Position numbers and translations under genes: made by a program. Below, in pieces: positions 26,739 to 34,115 of a DNA stretch of 36,883 nucleotides. Location of the stretch: positions 1 through 36,883 of the IMG/VR virus record IMGVR_UViG_3300025082_000028; one strand, given 5' to 3'. This DNA is from a virus (lineage: Duplodnaviria; Caudoviricetes). The stretch's first letter is position 1. Each line of letters begins with the position of its first letter. Under the pieces are notes generated by a model, which did no database searches, was not told where the DNA came from, and worked only from the letters and a program-made list of their open reading frames with translations.

Positions 26739-27533
26739 ATGGCTCGTAAGACTTTACTAACTGAGGGCGAGATTCGCCAATTTATGAAACTGGCTAAGAT
26801 TCCGGCCCTAGGAGCCGATAAAATTCGGCACTTTACTACCGTAGAGGAAGGATTGGGTACCATGATAGGGGATACAGTCAAGGGTGTCGGCGGCTTAGCC
26901 GGCGGCCTTGTGGGTGACCGCGACGAACTTGAGGGCGAAGAAGTTGCGGTTGATGAGCTTCCCGGCGGCGAAGAAGAAGTGGGTATCGAAGATGAAGTTG
27001 AAGTTGAAGGCGGCGAAGGTGCCGAAGAACTGGTTATGGATCTCCTCGGTCGTATTGAAGAGTGGGCTGAAGAAAACGGCGTCTCCATGGATGTGGAGGG
27101 CGACGACGTAGAAGGCATAGAAGGCGAAGAAGAATTAGCAGGAGTTGAAGATGAGGTCGCTGTCGATGATATGGGCGGTGAAGAAGTGGCCTTCGGCGGA
27201 GAAGAAGAGGAAGAAGTGGAAGTAGCACCGATGATGGAAAAGAAGAATAAATCCCGGCTTAGCGAAGATAGCGGCGCCGAGGAAGGACATCACTACGACG
27301 ACAATAGAATGAGTGACGACGATCACATCAAGGCCATCGAGCATCACTTGGAGGCCCTGAAGCACGACAGAGATTATGATGAAGATCACGAAAGTCTTGA
27401 AGAGGGTGAAGCCGCAATTGTCGCGGAAGTAGCACGCCGTGTGGCGCGCCGACTTGCAGGAGAGCAGAAGAACGAAGCTCTTTCCGACAAGCTGGCCGAG
27501 AGGATTCTTAAGCGTTTAACATCAGCGAAATAA
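26739..27533 (+). CDS. Highly acidic Glu/Gly-rich protein (possible scaffold or internal head protein)
   Basis: GAGGAG RBS before ATG 26739; ACTATTTAC motif upstream; long E/G/V low-complexity core. Confidence 0.7.
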   Translation: MARKTLLTEGEIRQFMKLAKIPALGADKIRHFTTVEEGLGTMIGDTVKGVGGLAGGLVGDRDELEGEEVAVDELPGGEEEVGIEDEVEVEGGEGAEELVMDLLGRIEEWAEENGVSMDVEGDDVEGIEGEEELAGVEDEVAVDDMGGEEVAFGGEEEEEVEVAPMMEKKNKSRLSEDSGAEEGHHYDDNRMSDDDHIKAIEHHLEALKHDRDYDEDHESLEEGEAAIVAEVARRVARRLAGEQKNEALSDKLAERILKRLTSAK

Positions 27534-27534
27534 T

Positions 27535-27563
27535 TTGACAATTACTTTCCAATCAGTTATAAT
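27535..27563 (+). promoter_or_regulatory. Consensus sigma70 promoter
   Basis: TTGACA-17 nt-TATAAT. Confidence 0.88.
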
Positions 27564-27567
27564 AAAG

Positions 27568-27602
27568 ATAGCCACTAATTAGAATTAGGTGGCTATTTTC
27601 TT
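27568..27602 (+). terminator. Hairpin plus T-rich tail
   Basis: ATAGCCAC-TAATT...AATTA-G-GTGGCTAT followed by TTTCTT. Confidence 0.6.
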
Positions 27603-27612
27603 GTGAGGCGTT

Positions 27613-28014
27613 ATGGGACCGTGGTGGCTCTACTTATTGATATTTGCGTTTGGGTATCTTACCTGTAGGGTATTTTATTTTTTCAGATCCGCCCGCGTAA
27701 GTCTCTCGTTGATAAAGGCAGCTCATATTATTTACCTCTCTTCCCTAATCAAAGCCCTGGAACACCTGCTCCATTCACGTGAAATAATGTTGGAGTATCT
27801 CTTAAAAAGCGAAAAAAACAGCACTTACATTAGCTCTTTTGAGGTGCGCTTTAACGAAGACGTAAAGATACTAAAAAAACGCTCCGTTCAAACTCTCATT
27901 GAATGTCATCCCCTATTTTTTCGCCACATGGTAGAATTCGACGATTGGGATAGCGCAATGCACCACCTCCAGGAAAATAAAAAGGTGGCTTTACAATTTT
28001 GGAACAAACAATGA
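27613..28014 (+). CDS. Hypothetical protein with N-terminal membrane anchor
   Basis: WWLYLLIFAFGYL hydrophobic N-terminus; GAGG RBS. Confidence 0.7.
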   Translation: MGPWWLYLLIFAFGYLTCRVFYFFRSARVSLSLIKAAHIIYLSSLIKALEHLLHSREIMLEYLLKSEKNSTYISSFEVRFNEDVKILKKRSVQTLIECHPLFFRHMVEFDDWDSAMHHLQENKKVALQFWNKQ

Positions 28015-28646
28015 TTAATAAACTGAGGGAAATGGTAAAGGGCATCCTCGCCGAAGAAGAACCACAAATAGTGGTAATCGATCCGAGTATGGCCACACCT
28101 GCCGCGCCGCCGGCGCCCGATATGCGAATTGTGGGCCTCTTTACGGAAATAAGTGACGAGAAAGCGGCAGAGATTACTCACGCTCTTTTGTATTTAAATG
28201 AGCTAAACCGTATAGACGGCCCAGAAAAGAAAAAACCCATTGAATTTTACTTGTCAACGTATGGGGGGAACGCCGATGATATGTTTGCCCTATATGATGT
28301 GATGAAAGGCATCGAAAAGGAAAGCGAAATTCATACCATCGGGGTAGGCAAGGTAATGTCAGCCGGCGTTTTACTGCTTGCGGCAGGTACCAAGGGTAAG
28401 CGCCGCATTGCTAAAAACTGTCGAGTCATGTTACATTCGGTGGTAGCCGGCAGTCACGGATCAATCCATAATTTAATTAATGAAATGGAGGCGGTCGAAA
28501 AGCTTCAAAAAATGTATAACAATGCACTTGTAGAAGAAACCAAGATGACAAAAAAGGATCTTAAAAATATGCTGGAACGTAAAGTAAACGTCTATTTATC
28601 AGCAGAAGAAGCTGTTGAATTAGGTATAGCTGATATAATTGTATGA
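28011..28646 (+). CDS. clpP: ClpP-like protease (copy 2, catalytic Asp apparently replaced by Asn)
   Basis: YLSTYGG, VMSAG (Ser), GTKGKR, MLHS (His), KVNVYLSAEEAVELGIAD; ATGA overlap with the upstream stop. Confidence 0.88.
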   Translation: MINKLREMVKGILAEEEPQIVVIDPSMATPAAPPAPDMRIVGLFTEISDEKAAEITHALLYLNELNRIDGPEKKKPIEFYLSTYGGNADDMFALYDVMKGIEKESEIHTIGVGKVMSAGVLLLAAGTKGKRRIAKNCRVMLHSVVAGSHGSIHNLINEMEAVEKLQKMYNNALVEETKMTKKDLKNMLERKVNVYLSAEEAVELGIADIIV

Positions 28647-28655
28647 GGGTTATAA

Positions 28656-30365
28656 ATGTTTGATCTGCAAGATATTCTAAAAGAAGAATATAGAAAGAAA
28701 GAAAGCGCCATTAGTTTCCCCCAACTTTTACAGATGATTGAGGAAGTTTTAGAAATTAATTTAAGCGAGGAAGTAGCTGCCCCCGAGGGCTTTAGCTTTG
28801 AACCCCAAGAAATGATTATGCGCATGATTCCTGATGTAGCTGTATCGGAAATCGGCTGGTCAGACGTACGCACAACAGACGAGGGTGACGCTGTTAGCGG
28901 TCCTCAACGACAGTTGTTGATTCAGTTTTTAGACAACATTGCCGGCGAAACTTTTGAGGCGAAGATTAAGTCTCTTGCTGATTTTTACGAGAAAGGCGCT
29001 GAGACATACGAAGAAACGACAGGCAACCGCGGAGAGTTGCTAGCCAAAACTATTTCTTATTTGGTATTTTATAAAACGCTTACTAAAGTTATCACCAATT
29101 TTAACGCCTCATCTGCCGGATTTAGCTTTGAGTCCTTCTTGGGCGCGCTCGTTAACGGCGAGCAAATCGAAGCTAACACAGGAACAATTGCTGACTATCT
29201 AGACAAGGCTACCGGCAGTCCGATCCCCGTCAGCCTGAAGCTCTACCGCGAAAAGCAACTAGAGGTGGGAGGGAGTTACACCGATTTAGTTAATGATTTG
29301 GTACGCCCTCAGTATAGCCACCCTCTAGGTAATGCCATGCGCTACGTTGTATGCACTAAAGATCTTGAAGGCGCCGGTTTAGAACAACAAGGCGCCATTC
29401 GGTTCTTCCAATTTGATTTTACGTTGGATAACGTAATGGATATTTTAGCAGAAAGTAAGGATATTTCCCGTAAATGTATCTTGCTTCCTCGTCAAATCGT
29501 CAGCGCCCTCCAGGCAGGCGCGCAGCGTGTAGACATTAATCAAAGCTTACCCTCTAAGCAAAATTTACCAAGCGCCGAAGAGATGGAGCCACAGTTTATA
29601 GATTTCCTTACTCGCCACATTAATGCCCACTTGGAGGCAAGTCCGGAGTCCCCCCTCCAGTTTTTGAGGGATGATGCACTTAAAGGTTTGGTGAACGGAA
29701 TCAAATGGGCAAAAAACGACGACCTCTTCGCAGACGCCGATCCGCGATACTTTGGCGGAGTCAAGAAAGGAATTGTTCGCGGAGTATCGGCAATGCCCAA
29801 TCGAGAAAAAGTAAAGCCATGGGTAGCCCACAATTATGGCGACAGACTCTCTGGTCGGGGACTCCAATGGCTCAGCGCACTTATTGTAAAAGCCAATGAT
29901 GAGTTGCGCGCCCAGCATGCCTCAACGCGCAAAGCCGACGAACGGCGACTTGAAATTGCACGCATGGTTCAAGACGGAGAATTTTTATCTGCCGAAGAGT
30001 CGGCCGCAGTCTATAAGGGTTTGGGTAGCGCGCAACAGAAAACAGCCCTTCTCAATTCATATGGGTACTTAACCACCGGTCACTTTTCATTAAATCAAAC
30101 GCGTGCCTTAAATCCGGGCGAACCAACCAACACCCTCGCGCTAGGAGAAATTAAGGTAGGAACGGCTTACGTGTCCGAAGCTATCGGTCGCGTACAAGAA
30201 ATTTTGAATGAGCAAGTATATGAAATCTTCCAATCGCTCAAAACCCTCAGCGATAGCATTAATGCTTACTTTGCTGGAGGTCTTAAGAATGATTCTGAAG
30301 CCGGCTCGGCAATTAGTAATGCTGAAAATATTGTATCGCGCACGGAAGATATCCGAGAGAAATAA
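28656..30365 (+). CDS. Hypothetical 569-aa protein with a possible PD-(D/E)xK-like nuclease core
   Basis: AGFSFESFL...TIAD...PVSLKL pattern; N-terminal ILKEE/LSEE motifs. Confidence 0.55.
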   Translation: MFDLQDILKEEYRKKESAISFPQLLQMIEEVLEINLSEEVAAPEGFSFEPQEMIMRMIPDVAVSEIGWSDVRTTDEGDAVSGPQRQLLIQFLDNIAGETFEAKIKSLADFYEKGAETYEETTGNRGELLAKTISYLVFYKTLTKVITNFNASSAGFSFESFLGALVNGEQIEANTGTIADYLDKATGSPIPVSLKLYREKQLEVGGSYTDLVNDLVRPQYSHPLGNAMRYVVCTKDLEGAGLEQQGAIRFFQFDFTLDNVMDILAESKDISRKCILLPRQIVSALQAGAQRVDINQSLPSKQNLPSAEEMEPQFIDFLTRHINAHLEASPESPLQFLRDDALKGLVNGIKWAKNDDLFADADPRYFGGVKKGIVRGVSAMPNREKVKPWVAHNYGDRLSGRGLQWLSALIVKANDELRAQHASTRKADERRLEIARMVQDGEFLSAEESAAVYKGLGSAQQKTALLNSYGYLTTGHFSLNQTRALNPGEPTNTLALGEIKVGTAYVSEAIGRVQEILNEQVYEIFQSLKTLSDSINAYFAGGLKNDSEAGSAISNAENIVSRTEDIREK

Positions 30366-30366
30366 C

Positions 30367-30395
30367 TTGACACCCACACTATATCATATTATAAT
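30367..30395 (+). promoter_or_regulatory. Consensus sigma70 promoter for groEL
   Basis: TTGACA-17 nt-TATAAT; GAGGT RBS downstream. Confidence 0.88.
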
Positions 30396-30416
30396 AGAAG
30401 TATCCCCGAGGTTTTA

Positions 30417-31994
30417 ATGAGCAGAGCATATGATGACAACCAAACTCTTCAACAAAAAATCATTAATGGAGCAAATAAATTAGCCGACAATGTGGCTTCG
30501 ACTTTAGGCCCTCGCGGCCGAAATGTACTCCTTCAAGAAAAAGGACACTCTCCTTTTATTACTAAGGATGGTGTTACTGTGGCAGCGTTTGTTGCCTGTG
30601 ATGATCCATTTGAAAACGCGGCAGCTCAAATTATTAAGCAAGCCGCCGTGGAGACTAATAATGATGCTGGAGACGGCACTACTACGGCCACTGTGCTAGC
30701 TCGTGCTATATTACGAGAGTCACAAAGATATATTGCATCCGGTATCTCTCCGGTTGAATTGCAACGAGGAATTAATCTAGCCACCACGGAGATAGTTAAT
30801 AATCTACATGACATGGCGATTCCCGTTACCCAGATAGAAGATATTGAACATATCGCCGCAATTTCCGCTAACAACGATGCGTCTATTGGTAAACTAATCT
30901 CTCTGGCCGTGGACCGCGTAGGACAAGATGGCTCAATCACCATCGAAGAGTCGCGCTCCCTCGAAACTTCCTTAGATGTGACTGAGGGGTTTAGAGTGGA
31001 TGCAGGATATTGTGCGGGTGCATTTATTACGGATGAGCGCCGCGCCATCATGCGCCATGATGACCCACTTATTCTGGTGACCGATTATCGTATCTCGACC
31101 GTCGAAGATATCCTTCCTATTTTAGAAATGGTGGCGCGGGATAACCGCCCCCTTATTATTATAGCCGAAGATATTGAGGGCCAAGCTCTGGCTGCTTTAA
31201 TTATGAATGCGCTGCGCGGCACGTTGAAAGTAGCGGCTATTAAAGCACCCTTTTACGGAGAAGAGCGCCGACAACTCTTGGATGATGTGGCGCTGTCAAC
31301 AGGGGCAACGTTGATCACTCGCGAGTCGGGCCACCAACTTAAAGAGACACAGCTAAAGCATTTTGGATCGGCCAAATTTATTGAAAGCGATAAACATCAC
31401 ACTACAATCGTAGGAGGTAACTGCAATCTTGACGAAGTAGAGGCCCGCATCGAAACCCTAAAGGCAGAAATCGAACACACAGATTCGATCCCCGAGGCAG
31501 ATTCTTATCAGACCCGTATCGTAAGATTGTCGTCGGGTGTCGCCGTGATTAGAGTGGGAGGGGCGACCGAAGTAGAGATGACTGAACGCAAACATCGTAT
31601 CGAAGACGCACTATCCGCCGTGCGCTCAGCCCAAGAAGAAGGAATTATCCCAGGTGGCGGAAGCGCCCTGCTGCGCGCTAGCCTAAGTATAGCTATCACA
31701 TCAGACAATAATGACCAAATTAATGGAGCACTGGTGGTGCGAGAGGCATGTACAGAGCCCATTAGACAGATGGCTCTCAATGCTGGGGTGTCACCCGATC
31801 TCACCGTAGATAAAGTATTGGATGCAGAGTTTGGCGAGGGTTGGGACTTTAGAGAAGGAGAGATGACCAATTTATTGAAAGCTGGTATTATTGACCCCGT
31901 TAAGGTAACCCGGACTGCCCTTCAAAATGCGGCAAGTTGCGCCGGGACTCTCATTACTACAAATTTTGGGATCATACAAACGGAGGTCGATTAG
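30417..31994 (+). CDS. groEL: Chaperonin GroEL
   Basis: TLGPRGRNV, ITKDGVTVA, AGDGTTTATVLA, GVAVIRVGGATEVE, GIIDPVKVTR; no GGM tail. Confidence 0.96.
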   Translation: MSRAYDDNQTLQQKIINGANKLADNVASTLGPRGRNVLLQEKGHSPFITKDGVTVAAFVACDDPFENAAAQIIKQAAVETNNDAGDGTTTATVLARAILRESQRYIASGISPVELQRGINLATTEIVNNLHDMAIPVTQIEDIEHIAAISANNDASIGKLISLAVDRVGQDGSITIEESRSLETSLDVTEGFRVDAGYCAGAFITDERRAIMRHDDPLILVTDYRISTVEDILPILEMVARDNRPLIIIAEDIEGQALAALIMNALRGTLKVAAIKAPFYGEERRQLLDDVALSTGATLITRESGHQLKETQLKHFGSAKFIESDKHHTTIVGGNCNLDEVEARIETLKAEIEHTDSIPEADSYQTRIVRLSSGVAVIRVGGATEVEMTERKHRIEDALSAVRSAQEEGIIPGGGSALLRASLSIAITSDNNDQINGALVVREACTEPIRQMALNAGVSPDLTVDKVLDAEFGEGWDFREGEMTNLLKAGIIDPVKVTRTALQNAASCAGTLITTNFGIIQTEVD

Positions 31995-32213
31995 ATGCAA
32001 GAAGGAGATTTGGTTTATATACCTCAAGATGTGTTGTTGTTCGATAGAGGAAATATGTTTATTGAAAAGACAGTGAAGCCAACTGTGGGAGTTCTTATCA
32101 AAGAAATACCAATAGGCTCTAGTTGGATGGGTGGCAATTATATTGTCTACACTCGCGGCCGAGAGGCAGCAGTTGCCATGAGAAACACGTATCCCATGGA
32201 GAACAAATGCTAA
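31995..32213 (+). CDS. Small hypothetical protein (SH3/KOW-like start GDLVYIP)
   Basis: Starts directly after the groEL stop; GGAGGT RBS. Confidence 0.6.
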   Translation: MQEGDLVYIPQDVLLFDRGNMFIEKTVKPTVGVLIKEIPIGSSWMGGNYIVYTRGREAAVAMRNTYPMENKC

Positions 32214-32503
32214 TAAAGCTTACAGAAGTGTGTATCAATGGCACTTATTCAACAAATCAAAATTATGCACTCAAGGAGATATTTATAAACCCCGATCATG
32301 TTATCATGGTTAGAGAGGAGGATCGCATGAAACGTCTAAACGAGCAAGGGATCATCGACGGCGAATTAAATACCACCCACGAGTTTTCTAAACTAACCAT
32401 CAACAGGGGCAATACCGGCACAGACATTGTGGTTGTGGGGAGTCCCGCCCGCATAGAAACAATGTTAAATAAAAACCGGAAAAAAGAATTATTAAGAGGA
32501 TAA
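32207..32503 (+). CDS. Small protein resembling the FlbD family
   Basis: GGAG RBS before ATG 32207; MLIKLTEV...IFINPDHVIMVRE...IVVVGSP..IETML. Confidence 0.45.
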   Translation: MLIKLTEVCINGTYSTNQNYALKEIFINPDHVIMVREEDRMKRLNEQGIIDGELNTTHEFSKLTINRGNTGTDIVVVGSPARIETMLNKNRKKELLRG

Positions 32504-32505
32504 TA

Positions 32506-32973
32506 ATGGAACAAAGAGTAAATATTCAATATTCAATTGAACTTAAAGATTTAGAGGGAGAAGTTCAGCGTCTCTTTCAACGAGTAGCGACAGATATAAA
32601 AGACATAAATGGTCAATTAAGCTTGTCTCCCATCGAAGAACTCGATCTAGAAAGCGTGGAAAAGCTGTCGCTTCTTCGGACACAATTACAAAGCGCCGCC
32701 ACCACCCTACACGATATTGAGCAGATAATTTTGGGGTTTGTGTCATATAAGCTACAGGCCTCCCGCCCAACTGCTCAAGAGGAAGAAAGTCAGACAGACG
32801 AAATCACTCCGGCGTCCGAGGGAGTAAGCGTTCTGCAACAACAACTCGAAGAGTATAGACTCGCAATTCAGAATCTGACGCCCTCCGAAATGAGCGAAAG
32901 TGATTTTGTAAACCGAGAACAACAACTGCAAGAAAAGCTGGATGACTTTGCGGATAATGTACATAGATCGTAG
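32506..32973 (+). CDS. Coiled-coil hypothetical protein
   Basis: Heptad-like L/Q/E-rich sequence; GAGGA RBS. Confidence 0.7.
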   Translation: MEQRVNIQYSIELKDLEGEVQRLFQRVATDIKDINGQLSLSPIEELDLESVEKLSLLRTQLQSAATTLHDIEQIILGFVSYKLQASRPTAQEEESQTDEITPASEGVSVLQQQLEEYRLAIQNLTPSEMSESDFVNREQQLQEKLDDFADNVHRS

Positions 32974-32984
32974 GCTGGGCGCGA

Positions 32985-33749
32985 ATGATATCTCCCCTTA
33001 AAGATAGTGTAAATAATTTTAAGTCATTAGAAGTGCTTAAGAAAATAATCCCCGAAAGATCAATAATCGGTTCTTTTTTATTTTTTTGCGGAGAGCTTGA
33101 GCTTCGACTTGCGGCCGAGAACCGATTTATTATCGCCCACACCGATAAGTACGTCATATATGAATTTTGGCAATCGGCAATACAGGAGCCGACGCGCTTG
33201 GCTGAAATAGTAAAGCTTCTCCACCCCATTGATGAGGAAAAGGTATTTTACATTTTTCAAGAGGAGTGGCCCAAGTATAAAGATCCTGGAATTCGCTCCG
33301 CACTGTTTTTTCTTCTTAATCGGTGTTCTCAAGGGGGCTCTATTTCGGCAGGCGCCTTTGATAATAAAAATTTTAATCCCATAGCTCTCTCTCGGCTATC
33401 TACGTTCAAGCCCCCCGAGAACTTTCATTTGAGATACACAGGAGAAACACTCCTTGAAAATCAAATCGAAAAGGTTCAAGGCGTAGATTATCTATTAATT
33501 CCAGCCGGCAAGTTTAGCTATAACTTAATGGAACACGGGATGCACAAAGGGTTGGAGATGTATACAATTTATCATCGGCAACTGTGCCAGGCGCTAAAAA
33601 ACACCTCACACAAGTGGATCGTCCTTTATAAAAATCATCGAGAACTTCACCGAATCTTTAAGGATTATGATATTAAAATGATAGATAGTTACGGAAAAAT
33701 AACAGACAAGGCTGCAGCATGCGAGGAGTTGATAATTGCCAACTTCTGA
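32985..33749 (+). CDS. Dam (D12-class) adenine methyltransferase-like protein lacking catalytic motifs
   Basis: ISPLK, SALFFLLNRCSQGG, KWIVLY.NH..L..IFKDY and terminal EELIIANF match Dam; DPPY position reads DYLLIPAGKF and the FxGxG position reads FFCGELE. Confidence 0.65.
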   Translation: MISPLKDSVNNFKSLEVLKKIIPERSIIGSFLFFCGELELRLAAENRFIIAHTDKYVIYEFWQSAIQEPTRLAEIVKLLHPIDEEKVFYIFQEEWPKYKDPGIRSALFFLLNRCSQGGSISAGAFDNKNFNPIALSRLSTFKPPENFHLRYTGETLLENQIEKVQGVDYLLIPAGKFSYNLMEHGMHKGLEMYTIYHRQLCQALKNTSHKWIVLYKNHRELHRIFKDYDIKMIDSYGKITDKAAACEELIIANF

Positions 33750-34086
33750 ACTAGTGAAGGCATGTGGGCTACTAGCAGTGGGCCAAACCTTAGTGTGGTT
33801 TCAGTTGTATTCTCACTACGTCTGGAAATGGTGGGAGAACAGGGCACTCTTGCCGGCCCTGTTATTTGGGGTGCCGGCGAGCATATGTTTTTGGTATGGG
33901 GTGAGAATGGCCGTCGACGCGACACACGAAGCGTGGGCTGCCCGCATGCTGGGATTTGGAATGTCTTATTTAACCTTTCCATTCTTAACGTGGTGGCTCT
34001 TACATGAATCGATGTTCACCACCAAAACCATGCTGTGTATTTTCCTTTCTATTATGATAGTGGGTATCCAACTCTTTTGGAAATAG
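33736..34086 (+). CDS. Small 4-TM membrane protein (DMT/SMR-like)
   Basis: 116 aa, four hydrophobic segments. Confidence 0.6.
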   Translation: MPTSELVKACGLLAVGQTLVWFQLYSHYVWKWWENRALLPALLFGVPASICFWYGVRMAVDATHEAWAARMLGFGMSYLTFPFLTWWLLHESMFTTKTMLCIFLSIMIVGIQLFWK

Positions 34087-34088
34087 CC

Positions 34089-34103
34089 AACTATTTATAA
34101 TGT
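34089..34103 (+). promoter_or_regulatory. Putative late-promoter motif AACTATTTATAATGT
   Basis: Intergenic, 12 nt before the ATG; identical to 13749-13763. Confidence 0.5.
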
Positions 34104-34115
34104 TGGAGCAAATTA

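Noticed and set aside
26696-27118. Ser/Pro-rich 140-aa minus-strand ORF
   Set aside because: Antisense shadow of the Glu/Gly-rich plus-strand gene.
25057-31994. Bacterial chromosome origin suggested by groEL, clpP, guaB-like, dnaE and recA
   Set aside because: The genes are divergent and lack their usual operon partners. They are interleaved with gp32-like SSB, phage Dam, endolysin and many unknown ORFs on one strand, which fits a large phage.
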